NCBI GenBank assembly: GCA_050261575.1
Contig: JBLNDL010000026.1
Coordinates: forward strand, 1 to 35,306
DNA: 35,306 nucleotides
Source of the DNA: Sphingomonadaceae bacterium
GTDB taxonomy: Bacteria > Chloroflexota > UBA6077
Direction: 5' to 3'
In this document: in pieces, positions 1-7,570 of the stretch
Layout of the letters: every line of letters starts with the position of its first letter
Position numbering within the stretch: position 1 is the stretch's first letter
Notes under the pieces: generated by a model
What the model was told of the DNA's origin: nothing
The model's database searches: none
The model's input: only the letters and a program-made list of their open reading frames with translations
Position numbers and translations under genes: made by a program

Positions 1-122
1 ACCCTGATCCTCGCCTCCTTGGGATTGAACTGTCCCGTCTTGACTGCGGAGCAGGCCAGCTCGCACAGCTTGCAGCCCGTGCACTGTTCCGTCTTGACCT
101 CGATGTGTCTCTCCACTGTCAT
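1..122 (-). CDS. 4Fe-4S dicluster (ferredoxin-like) protein, 5' part only; runs off the window
   Basis: Manual translation (not in ORF track): MTVERHIEVKTEQCTGCKLCELACSAVKTGQFNPKEARIR. Has a CxxCxxCxxxC motif and an 'FNP..ARI' segment typical of oxidoreductase Fe-S subunits. GGAG lies just upstream of the ATG. Confidence 0.9.
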   Translation of the reverse strand, partial: MTVERHIEVKTEQCTGCKLCELACSAVKTGQFNPKEARIR

Positions 123-231
123 ACTCCGTAGCTTCGGTTGGGTGGGATTGGGAGCGCGCCAGGGCGGAGCCGGAGGCGAGTCCGTGGGGAAGGAGGGCAA
201 GGGTGGTGCAGAGATGGCCCGCGTATCCGTG

Positions 232-322
232 CCCTGCTTCGTTGCCGGGACGCCGCTGGTGCCGACCTGGTCGCCGAAGGGAACCGTAGCTTCGCTGCCC
301 GGGTTCCCCCCAGCATGGAGAT
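232..322 (-). ncRNA. Candidate Moco/Tuco-like cis-regulatory RNA upstream of the Fe-S gene
   Basis: Minus strand reads CUCC-AU-GCUGGGGGGAACC-CGGG-CAGCGAAGC-UAC-GGUUCCCUUCGGC-GACCAGG-UCGGCACCAGCG-GCGUCCC. The 13-bp stem with an ACC.NGGG...UAC.GGU internal loop resembles the Moco RNA, but there is no clear GNRA loop. Confidence 0.35.
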
Positions 323-331
323 GGTACTGCT

Positions 332-349
332 TTGTGGCCAAACGCACAA
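332..349. promoter_or_regulatory. Rex-like operator palindrome TTGTG-N8-CACAA
   Basis: Sequence ttgtggccaaacgcacaa. The outer arms match the Rex consensus TTGTGAA-N4-TTCACAA and the inner positions deviate. It overlaps a possible minus-strand promoter TTGTGC-17-TACCAT. Confidence 0.4.
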
Positions 350-394
350 CAGCATGGACAATGCTTTCAGGCCTGCGCCGCCTTTAGCTAAAGC

Positions 395-423
395 TTGCCT
401 CCGTATGGTACCGGTGCTACAAT
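395..423 (+). promoter_or_regulatory. sigma70-type promoter for the GNAT/GT4/PIG-L operon
   Basis: TTGCCT (395-400), 17-nt spacer, TACAAT (418-423), with an extended -10 TG. A perfect palindrome CTTTAGCTAAAG (382-393) lies next to the -35. Confidence 0.7.
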
Positions 424-482
424 ACTTCAACTGTGCATGGGCACTCAATCGAATCCCGCGCACGACCGAAGATCGACGTAGG

Positions 483-509
483 ATCGCCGGCCCTTGAGCC
501 GGCGGTTTT
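483..509 (+). terminator. Terminator-like hairpin within the 5' leader (possible attenuator)
   Basis: CGCCGGC-ccttga-GCCGGCG followed by GTTTT, located between the promoter and the ATG at 551. Confidence 0.45.
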
Positions 510-550
510 GTCGTCCGCCGCTTCGATTGGCGCGATGCTGAAGATGAGGT

Positions 551-1621
551 ATGACGGCAGACTGCCTTCGCCCGGCCCCTGCGGTCCGGGTCTACGATAA
601 CCCCTCGGCCTTCCGCCTCCTCGAGCAGGAGTGGAAGGCACTATTCCGGCAGCACGGAGGCTGGAATCTCTTCCTTAGCTGGGAGTGGTTCGACAGTTGG
701 TGGGAGGCATTCGGGGCTGGCAACCACCTGCGGATTCTGGCTTTGAGCAGCGTGGATGGGCTGGTGGGCGTGGTGCCGATGATGATCGAGCCCGACGGTG
801 CCGGCGGACAACGGTTGGCGCTCGTCGGAAGCGATCGCACCACCGACTACGGCGACGTACTGGTGTCGCCGGAGTACAGTGACGAGCTGGCCGAGCGTCT
901 CGCGGACTTCGTCGTGGACGGCTTCGGCCACTGGGAACGGGTCGAGTTTCGCAGCCTGCCTTCCCGCTCGATGCTTCTGTCAGGCTTCAGGGAGGCCGCT
1001 CAGCGGCGGGGTTTGCGGAGCCGGTTGGTGCAGAGCAACACCTGCCCCGTGGCCCACCTGACCAACTCTTGGGAGTCGTACCTGGCCGGACTCAGCAAGA
1101 GCGACCGGCACGAGTTGAGGCGGAAGATCCGTCGATCCCAGGCCCCGGGGGTTCAGAGCCTTCGCCGACTGCAGACTCCCGATGAGGTGGCCGATGGGAT
1201 GGAGAGCTTCCTCAGACTGCACAGGATTTCACGGCCGGACAAGGCGGAGTTTCTGGACGAGCGCACCGCCTCCTTCTTCCGGAGGGTGGGGACCGCCTTC
1301 GCTGCCGAGGGCTGGATGCGGTTGAACTTTATGCAGATCGACGGTCGGGACGTGGCGGCCACCATGGCCTTCACCCGGGGGGAGCGAGTGCTACTCTACA
1401 ATTCGGGTCTGGATCCGGAGTACCGGGTTCACTCGGTGGGGATAGCCCTCCACGCGGCGGACCTCCAGCAGGCCATCGGGGAGGGCAAGGAGTGGTACGA
1501 CTTCCTGCGGGGTAACGAGCCCTACAAGTACGACCTGGGGGCGCGAGACAACCCGATATACACTCTCACGCTGTCGCCGGAAGGTGGTGACGCGGGAGTC
1601 GAAGGCGACGGCCGGGGTTAG
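551..1621 (+). CDS. GNAT family N-acetyltransferase, CelD/BcsL (Acetyltransf_6) type
   Basis: 356 aa with family-typical segments 'FLSWEWFDSWW', 'TDY.D', 'WESYLAGLSKSDRHELRRKIRR', 'YNSGLDP' and 'YDFLRGNEPYKYDLG'. Confidence 0.88.
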   Translation: MTADCLRPAPAVRVYDNPSAFRLLEQEWKALFRQHGGWNLFLSWEWFDSWWEAFGAGNHLRILALSSVDGLVGVVPMMIEPDGAGGQRLALVGSDRTTDYGDVLVSPEYSDELAERLADFVVDGFGHWERVEFRSLPSRSMLLSGFREAAQRRGLRSRLVQSNTCPVAHLTNSWESYLAGLSKSDRHELRRKIRRSQAPGVQSLRRLQTPDEVADGMESFLRLHRISRPDKAEFLDERTASFFRRVGTAFAAEGWMRLNFMQIDGRDVAATMAFTRGERVLLYNSGLDPEYRVHSVGIALHAADLQQAIGEGKEWYDFLRGNEPYKYDLGARDNPIYTLTLSPEGGDAGVEGDGRG

Positions 1622-2892
1622 TGATGCTGCACGTCGCTATGATCAGCGTTCACACCTGCCCGTTGGCCCGGCTGGGGAGTCGGGAAACCGGGGGCATGAA
1701 CGTCTACATCCGGGAGTTGAGCCGCCACCTGGGTCGCAGGGGCGTGAGGGTGGACGTGTTCACCCGGAGGCAGGACCACGAGGTCCCAAAGGTGGTGGAG
1801 TTCGGCGAGAACGCCCGGGTTATCCACCTGGACGCGGGGCCGGCCCGCCCCATGGACAAGTACCACGTCCTGCAGCACCTCGGCCAGTTCACCCAGGGCG
1901 TGGAAGCCTTCCGGAAGGAAACCAGCAGCGATTACGCGTTAATCCACAGCCACTACTGGCTCTCCAGCCCGGTCGCCACCTCGCTCGCGGTCCAGTGGCG
2001 AGTTCCTCTGGTGACTATGTTCCACACCTTGGGACGGCTGAAGAACCGTGTCTCTCGGGATGACAGCGAGAGGGAGAACTCGGAGCGGATCGAGATCGAG
2101 CGCCTGGCGATGATGGCTGCAGACCGGATCGTGGCCGTGAGCCCCGCCGACTTGCACCAGATGGTCGGCTACTACAGTGCGGTGCAGGACCGGATTCAGG
2201 TCGTGCATGGCGGCGTGGACACCGGGCAGTTCCGACCATTCCCTGCGGACGTTGCGAGGACTATCCTGGGGCTGGGGCGCGAGAGACTGGTGCTCTTCGT
2301 GGGAAGGATTCAGCGGCTGAAGGGCATCGACCTCCTGCTGCGCGCCTTCGCTAGAGTGGTGAAGGAGTGGCCTGAGGACCCCAAGCCGAGACTCGTCGTG
2401 GTGGGCGGACGCAACCCTGCGGATCCGAACGACCCGGAGGCCCTGGAGATGGGCAGGCTGAGGGCCCTCTCCCAGCGGCTAGGGGTGCTGGATAGGGTGA
2501 TCTTCCAGGGGGCGGTGCCCCACTCCGATCTGCCGCTCTACTACTCGGCCGTCGACCTGGTCGTCGTGCCGTCGTTGTACGAGTCCTTTGGGTTGGTGGC
2601 GTTGGAGGCGATGGCCTGTGGAGCGCCGGTGGTGGCTTCGCGGGTCGGTGGCCTCCAGTCGACGATCAAGGATGGGCGGACCGGTCTCCTGGTGGGTCGC
2701 CGGACCCCGGACGCCTTCGCCGAGGCCATGAGCGCCGTTCTCCGCGACGACGCGCTGCGCACCTCCCTCTCGGAAGCCGCCGTTGGGGTGGCCCAAGGCT
2801 TCTCCTGGAGTGTGGCCGCGGAGCGGACGTTGCGGCTGTATCGGGAGTTGGTGCCCGAGTCTGGAAGGCACATGGCACTGGCATGCAACTAG
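1621..2892 (+). CDS. GT4 glycosyltransferase, MshA (D-inositol-3-phosphate GlcNAc transferase)-like
   Basis: 'SVHTCPLARLG..ETGGMNVYI', 'IHSHYWLS', 'FHTLG..K', 'VGRIQRLKG' and 'PSLYESFGLVALEAMACG'. Start is GTG 1621 or ATG 1624, overlapping the upstream stop. Confidence 0.85.
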   Translation: MMLHVAMISVHTCPLARLGSRETGGMNVYIRELSRHLGRRGVRVDVFTRRQDHEVPKVVEFGENARVIHLDAGPARPMDKYHVLQHLGQFTQGVEAFRKETSSDYALIHSHYWLSSPVATSLAVQWRVPLVTMFHTLGRLKNRVSRDDSERENSERIEIERLAMMAADRIVAVSPADLHQMVGYYSAVQDRIQVVHGGVDTGQFRPFPADVARTILGLGRERLVLFVGRIQRLKGIDLLLRAFARVVKEWPEDPKPRLVVVGGRNPADPNDPEALEMGRLRALSQRLGVLDRVIFQGAVPHSDLPLYYSAVDLVVVPSLYESFGLVALEAMACGAPVVASRVGGLQSTIKDGRTGLLVGRRTPDAFAEAMSAVLRDDALRTSLSEAAVGVAQGFSWSVAAERTLRLYRELVPESGRHMALACN

Positions 2893-2899
2893 TGATGAC

Positions 2900-2977
2900 T
2901 GTAGGTCGGGGGGCTTATACCCCGCCGCCCGCAGACCGAGAGGTACCCGGCGGCAGGGGTCAAGCCCCTGCCCTACA
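2900..2977. repeat. REP doublet (REPIN-like): two GTAG-led GC-rich hairpins in inverted orientation
   Basis: Left arm GTAG-GTCGGGGGG-CTTATA-CCCCGCC. Right arm, as reverse complement, GTAG-GGCAGGGG-CTTGA-CCCCTGCC. Confidence 0.7.
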
Positions 2978-3007
2978 TTAGTCTGTTCTGGTTCTATCGA
3001 GGTCGAA

Positions 3008-3706
3008 GTGGAGATAGGAAAGGTCGAGACACCGAAGGTAATACTGGTGGTGGGGGCCCACCCGGACGATACGGAGTTCTCCTCGGGGGGAAGCCTGCTC
3101 CGATGGACCCAACAGGGGTGCACGGTTCACTACCTGGTCTGCACCAACGGAGATAAGGGCACCAAGGATCTGGACATGACCGCGGAGCAGCTAGTGCCGA
3201 TCCGCCAGGAGGAGCAGCGGGAAGCGGCGCGGCGCCTAGGGGTGGCGAGCGTCACCTTCCTGGGCGGGCCGGACGGCGAGTTCCTGGCCGATCTGTCCAA
3301 CCGGGAAAAGATCACTCGTATAATACGGAAGGTGCGCCCCGACGTCCTGATGGTTCACGATCCATGGCGCCGGTATCAGTTGCATCCGGATCACCGAGCG
3401 GTGGGGATCTGCACACTGGATGCGATGGTGGCTGCTCGAGACCACCTCTACTTCCCCCACCTGTTCCACGAGGGGCTGATGCCCCACACTGTGCCCGAGA
3501 TCCTGCTGTTCGGGACCGACGAGGCCAACGTGTGGGTGGACACGTCGAGCACCATCGAGGGAAAGCTGTACGCACTCAAAGCCCACGAGAGCCAGGTATC
3601 TCGGATCCCGGACCTGAAGGAGCGGATCTACGATTGGGCGCGCCGCGTCGGGCGGGCGCACGGTCTAGAGCTGGCCGAGGAGTTTCACCGTATCGAACAG
3701 AGGTGA
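3008..3706 (+). CDS. PIG-L/LmbE family deacetylase (MshB/BshB-like)
   Basis: Metal-binding motifs 'GAHPDD' and 'HPDH', plus 'TNGDKG' and 'H.SQ'. The probable start is GTG 3008 behind GAGG; the ORF-track start at 2783 overlaps the GT4 gene and the REP. Confidence 0.88.
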   Translation: MEIGKVETPKVILVVGAHPDDTEFSSGGSLLRWTQQGCTVHYLVCTNGDKGTKDLDMTAEQLVPIRQEEQREAARRLGVASVTFLGGPDGEFLADLSNREKITRIIRKVRPDVLMVHDPWRRYQLHPDHRAVGICTLDAMVAARDHLYFPHLFHEGLMPHTVPEILLFGTDEANVWVDTSSTIEGKLYALKAHESQVSRIPDLKERIYDWARRVGRAHGLELAEEFHRIEQR

Positions 3707-3715
3707 GGCGACGGG

Positions 3716-4822
3716 ATGGACACCGACAGCATTGGCCCCGTCCTTGAGGAGATGGTTCCCAACTCCCTGGCGGAGAGCTGGGACAACGTCGGCTGGCAGG
3801 TGAAGCTGCCTGGCAAACCGATCACCGGCATTCTGCTGACCCTGGACGTTACCGAGGGGGTGGTGGATGAAGCCGCGAGGTCGGGCTGCAATCTAGTGTT
3901 CGCCCATCACCCCCTTCTCTTCAGACCCCTCAAGTCGCTCGATCTGGGATCCCCTCTCGGCACCGTCATCTCACGTCTGCTTCATCACGAGATCTCCGTC
4001 TGGGTCGCCCACACGAACCTCGACCTCCTCCCCGCGTGGGGTACCAGCTTCGCCCTCGCGGAAGCCCTGGGGCTTTCCGACGTGCGCCTCCTGGCGAGGG
4101 TGGAGCGACCGGATTACAAGATCGTGGTGTATGTGCCGCCCAGCCACGTGGAGGCCGTGAAGAACGCCATGGCGGAGGCGGGTGCGGGACACATCGGCAA
4201 CTACAGCCACTGCTTCTGGCAGGTGTTGGGCACCGGCCAGTTCCGGCCGGAGGAGGGTTCCACCCCTTACCTAGGGGCGGTCGGCCAGGAGGAGCGGGTA
4301 GAGGAGCACCGGGTGGAGGGGGTGGTGCCGCAGTCGCGGCTGCGGGCCGTGCTCGATGCGATGCGAAGCGCCCATCCCTACGAGGAGATCGCCTACGATC
4401 TGCTGCCCCTGTCCAACAGCGTGACCCCCTACGGCTTCGGCGCCGTGGGGTCGCTGCCGTACCCGCGTCCCACGGCGGAGATCGCCCGGGATGCCGCCGC
4501 CAAGCTCTCCAGCGCCGTCTGCCAGGTGGGGGGCGACCCGAACAGGCTGCACCAGCGGGTGGCGGTGATGGGGGGCAGCGGGTCGTCTTTCCTGGGTGAG
4601 GCTGCGAGGAGCGGAGCCACCCTTTTCATAACGGCGGATGTGCGGTACCATGATTGTCAGGACGCGGTGGCTCGAGGACTGGATTTGGTGATCCTGGACC
4701 ACTACGCCACGGAGCGCCCGGTACTGGACTCCGTTCGGGAACGGCTCGAACGCAGGCTTGCAGGCGTTCCGGTGGCCATGTCGACCACACAGTCGACGCC
4801 GTACGTTAGGGTGTGGCCGTGA
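3716..4822 (+). CDS. Nif3-like dinuclear metal center hexameric protein (YqfO type, with PII-like insert)
   Basis: 'ESWDNVG', 'AHHPLLF', 'HTNLD', 'GAGHIGNYSHC', 'HPYEE.AYD' and 'DHYATE'. Confidence 0.93.
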   Translation: MDTDSIGPVLEEMVPNSLAESWDNVGWQVKLPGKPITGILLTLDVTEGVVDEAARSGCNLVFAHHPLLFRPLKSLDLGSPLGTVISRLLHHEISVWVAHTNLDLLPAWGTSFALAEALGLSDVRLLARVERPDYKIVVYVPPSHVEAVKNAMAEAGAGHIGNYSHCFWQVLGTGQFRPEEGSTPYLGAVGQEERVEEHRVEGVVPQSRLRAVLDAMRSAHPYEEIAYDLLPLSNSVTPYGFGAVGSLPYPRPTAEIARDAAAKLSSAVCQVGGDPNRLHQRVAVMGGSGSSFLGEAARSGATLFITADVRYHDCQDAVARGLDLVILDHYATERPVLDSVRERLERRLAGVPVAMSTTQSTPYVRVWP

Positions 4823-5523
4823 GGAAGATCGAACTGCTGAGGGAAATGCAGGAGCTGGACAGCGCTCTGGATCGGGCCAGGGAGGGGCTGGAGCAGAGGC
4901 GTGCCCGGTGCGGTGACGATTCGGCGCTCGTTCCTCTCCGGCAGGAGTTGGAGTCTGCCCGGCAGCGGCTGCACTCGCTACAGGCGAGGGGTCGGGAGTT
5001 GGACTCCGAGCTGGAATCGCAGATGGCGAAGCGAAAGGCTGAGGAGAAGAAGCTGTACGACGGCAGCGTGAAGAACCCCAAGGAGCTCGCGAGCCTCGCC
5101 CTGGATGTTGAAAGGCAGAAGGCGCAGATCAGCCAGTTGGAGACCCAGGCGCTGCTGAACATGGACGCCGTGGAGGCCGCCGTCTCCGCTGAGGAGCGGG
5201 CGCGTACGGCACTGGAGGACGCGGAGCGGGCCTGGAAGGCGGAGCAAGCCGCCCTCGAGGCCGAGTGCGCCTCCCTGAGCTCGGAGGTGGAGCGTCTCAC
5301 CTCGGACCGGAACCGGGTGGCCGCACAGCTCGATCCCGCGACGTTGCGCAACTACGAGGCGATCCGCCGCACGCGGGGCGGCATCGCAGTCGTGGCGATC
5401 GAGCAGCGCTCCTGCCGGGGTTGCCGGATCAGCCTGTCCTCGTCGGAGGTCCAGAGGGCTCGGACCAGCCCGGAGCCGATCACCTGCCAGAGCTGCGGCC
5501 GAATCCTCTACCTCCCCAGCTAG
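4813..5523 (+). CDS. C4-type zinc ribbon domain protein (coiled coil plus CxxC...CxxC; DUF164/CT398-like)
   Basis: Long coiled coil ending in 'CRGCRI...CQSCGRILY'. This is the usual partner downstream of Nif3. Confidence 0.9.
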   Translation: MAVRKIELLREMQELDSALDRAREGLEQRRARCGDDSALVPLRQELESARQRLHSLQARGRELDSELESQMAKRKAEEKKLYDGSVKNPKELASLALDVERQKAQISQLETQALLNMDAVEAAVSAEERARTALEDAERAWKAEQAALEAECASLSSEVERLTSDRNRVAAQLDPATLRNYEAIRRTRGGIAVVAIEQRSCRGCRISLSSSEVQRARTSPEPITCQSCGRILYLPS

Positions 5524-5745
5524 GCAGGTATCTCTAGGTAGGGTACACGTCTCCCGCCAGAAGAGTCGACATCGACTGGAGATACCTGCTTCGGAGGCCC
5601 AATCGACGAGTCAACCTCGCCGTGATGCCGCCCGCTCCGCCGTGCAACTGCGAACTGCCTCCCCGTCGTGGAAACCCATCGCGCAGTTCGGGGTGACGAA
5701 TCCGCTCCGCACAATCGGCCAGAGCGGCGAGGCAAGGAGTGCCAC

Positions 5746-6795
5746 ATGTCCGGTTTACCTGTTCCAAGACTCAACCCCGATCGTCTGGATCCGGCCTTCG
5801 ACTTGCTGAGAGGGGCGGTTTCCAGCGGTGAGTTTCCCGTCGCCCTTCTCGCCGTGGCCAACCGTCGAGAGACCGTCCGAATCGAGGCTTACGGTCCCGA
5901 CGGTCCAGCCGGTATCGACGGCATCTACCTCATCGCATCCATCACGAAGCCCATCGTGGCAACGGCGGTCATGCAGTTGGTGGAGCGTGGCAGGTTGCTG
6001 CTGGAGGACCCAGTCGTCCGGTACCTTCCGGAGTTCGGGACGTGCGGCAAGGAGCGGGTAACGGTATGGAACCTCCTGACCCACACCTCCGGCCTCGATC
6101 ACGACTACTGGCAGCAGGGGAACCTTCCCGGAACGCCCGAGGAGGATCTGAGGTCGGCCTGCGAAGCCGGGCTTCGCTTCGAGCCTGGTTCCCACTTCGA
6201 GTACTGCAACGCCGCATTCCGGGTCCTGGGTGAGATCGTTTGCCGCTGTGGCGGCCAGTCTTACCAGGAGTACATTCGTCGAGAGGTCTGCCTGCCTGCC
6301 GGCATGGTCGATACCTCCTTCGGCCTCGAACCGGAAAAGAGGTCCCGAGCGGTGCCGGTGATCGGCTTTCCCGAGATCCCTGGCGGGATAGACTCCTTTG
6401 CGACGCTGGCCTCGCCAGCGGGCGGGCTCTTCAGCACCGCCGCGGACCTCGTGGCCTTCGGGCAGGCGTTTCTGAACGGTGGCGCTGGCCGCTTCGGACG
6501 GGTGTTGGGGCCGGCAGCCCTCCGGGTGATGACCTGCCACCACATCCAGGGCCTCTGCTCCTACCAGGAAGGCAGGCCAGTGCCTCAGTACTGGGGCCTC
6601 TCCTGGGAGAAGGCAGCTCCGGCTGAGGGTCGCCTCGTGTCGCCCTCTGGGTACGGCCACGGGGGCATGACGGGCGGCTACCTTTGGATCGAGCCGGACG
6701 CCGACCTGGTGATCGTGCTGCTGACCAACCGCGTGGGGCTGGACGGCCGGACGCGAAAGCGGATCGTCAACGCCGTCCTGGGCGCCCTGGAGTAG
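5746..6795 (+). CDS. Serine hydrolase, beta-lactamase class C family
   Basis: SxxK (ASITK), 'LLTHTSG', YxN (YCN) and 'GHGG.TG'. ATG 5746 follows AAGGAG. No signal peptide is evident. Confidence 0.9.
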   Translation: MSGLPVPRLNPDRLDPAFDLLRGAVSSGEFPVALLAVANRRETVRIEAYGPDGPAGIDGIYLIASITKPIVATAVMQLVERGRLLLEDPVVRYLPEFGTCGKERVTVWNLLTHTSGLDHDYWQQGNLPGTPEEDLRSACEAGLRFEPGSHFEYCNAAFRVLGEIVCRCGGQSYQEYIRREVCLPAGMVDTSFGLEPEKRSRAVPVIGFPEIPGGIDSFATLASPAGGLFSTAADLVAFGQAFLNGGAGRFGRVLGPAALRVMTCHHIQGLCSYQEGRPVPQYWGLSWEKAAPAEGRLVSPSGYGHGGMTGGYLWIEPDADLVIVLLTNRVGLDGRTRKRIVNAVLGALE

Positions 6796-6833
6796 GCACC
6801 GGGGCATCCGTCTGCCGCCCGCCGCCCCGGTGC
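6796..6833 (+). terminator. Hairpin directly after the serine hydrolase stop
   Basis: 10-bp inverted repeat GCACCGGGGC...GCCCCGGTGC; no strong U tract. Confidence 0.4.
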
Positions 6834-6990
6834 TGTCGATCCTCTCCATCTCTCTCCCCCCCTTCGAGCAACATCCGCACACCGGTCCCCGGCACGGGAT
6901 CTGCCTGCTTCGGCCCCCAAGGAGGGGACCGCCCGTTTCAGAGGAAAGGGCACTCTTCCGGAATTGATCAAGAAAGTGGCTCGGAATCCC

Positions 6991-7019
6991 TTGAAATGGC
7001 GGGCAATGGTGGCTACAAT
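6991..7019 (+). promoter_or_regulatory. sigma70 promoter of the dcw cluster
   Basis: TTGAAA (6991-6996), 17-nt spacer, TACAAT (7014-7019). Confidence 0.8.
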
Positions 7020-7069
7020 GTGGCCCGCTGTGGAAAAAAGTGGGGATAAGTGGAGGGAAGTGGGGAAAA
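7020..7069 (+). promoter_or_regulatory. MraZ binding repeats (GTGG-N6 direct repeats)
   Basis: GTGG at 7020, 7030, 7040, 7050 and 7060, an exact 10-bp period, directly upstream of mraZ. Confidence 0.9.
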
Positions 7070-7105
7070 CCCCCGCCCTCGAGGCCCATCTTCCCGGAGC
7101 GAGTC

Positions 7106-7543
7106 TTGTTCCTCGGCGTTTTTCAGCACACCATCGACGACAAGGGTCGCTTGGCGATTCCCGCCAAGTTCCGCCCTTCCGTGGCCGGGGGTTTCGTGAT
7201 GACCTTCGGTCTGGATAGGTGTCTCTACATCTGGCCGAGGGACGAGTGGTCAGGCCTGGCGGAGAAGCTTGCCAAGCTGCCCATGATGAACCCGGACGCA
7301 CGCCGTGTGGCTCGGCACTTCTTTGCAGGTGCGGTGGAGACCGACATCGACAAGCTTGGCCGGGTCGTGATCCCCCAGCCCCTGCGGGACTACGCCGGTC
7401 TGAAAGGCGAGGTCGTCGTGGCGGGGATGCCCAATCGCCTCGAGGTGTGGAGCCAGGAGAGCTGGGATGCCGAGCGAGCGATGGTGGCCGAGAACAGTTC
7501 TGCCTTCGCGGAGCACCTGGCGAATGCCGGCATCAGCTTCTAG
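7106..7543 (+). CDS. mraZ: Transcriptional regulator MraZ
   Basis: A TTG start behind GGAG gives MFLGVFQHTIDDKGRLAIP; the second repeat is 'IDKLGRVVIP'. Confidence 0.96.
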   Translation: MFLGVFQHTIDDKGRLAIPAKFRPSVAGGFVMTFGLDRCLYIWPRDEWSGLAEKLAKLPMMNPDARRVARHFFAGAVETDIDKLGRVVIPQPLRDYAGLKGEVVVAGMPNRLEVWSQESWDAERAMVAENSSAFAEHLANAGISF

Positions 7544-7570
7544 CCCCGCTCTCTCCGCTGCGAGGGGGCG

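Noticed and set aside
2783..3007. N-terminal extensions suggested by the ORF track (PIG-L from 2783; also mraZ 7040, yggS 22029, BlaI 25005 and citrate synthase 34542)
   Set aside because: They overlap upstream genes, repeats or promoters. Downstream starts match the family N-termini and mostly have a better RBS.
5524..5745. RNase P RNA (rnpB), expected by synteny after Nif3/zinc ribbon
   Set aside because: The conserved GAGGAAAGUCC core is absent and the gap is too short.
5746..6795. Beta-lactam resistance locus (serine hydrolase plus BlaI regulator)
   Set aside because: The genes are about 18 kb apart, the hydrolase lacks a signal peptide, and there is no BlaR1. Most members of this family are esterases or peptidases.
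7020..7069. CRISPR or microsatellite interpretation of the periodic GTGG repeats
   Set aside because: A 4-5 nt unit with 10-nt period in front of mraZ is the known MraZ operator. No CRISPR array or cas gene was seen in the window.
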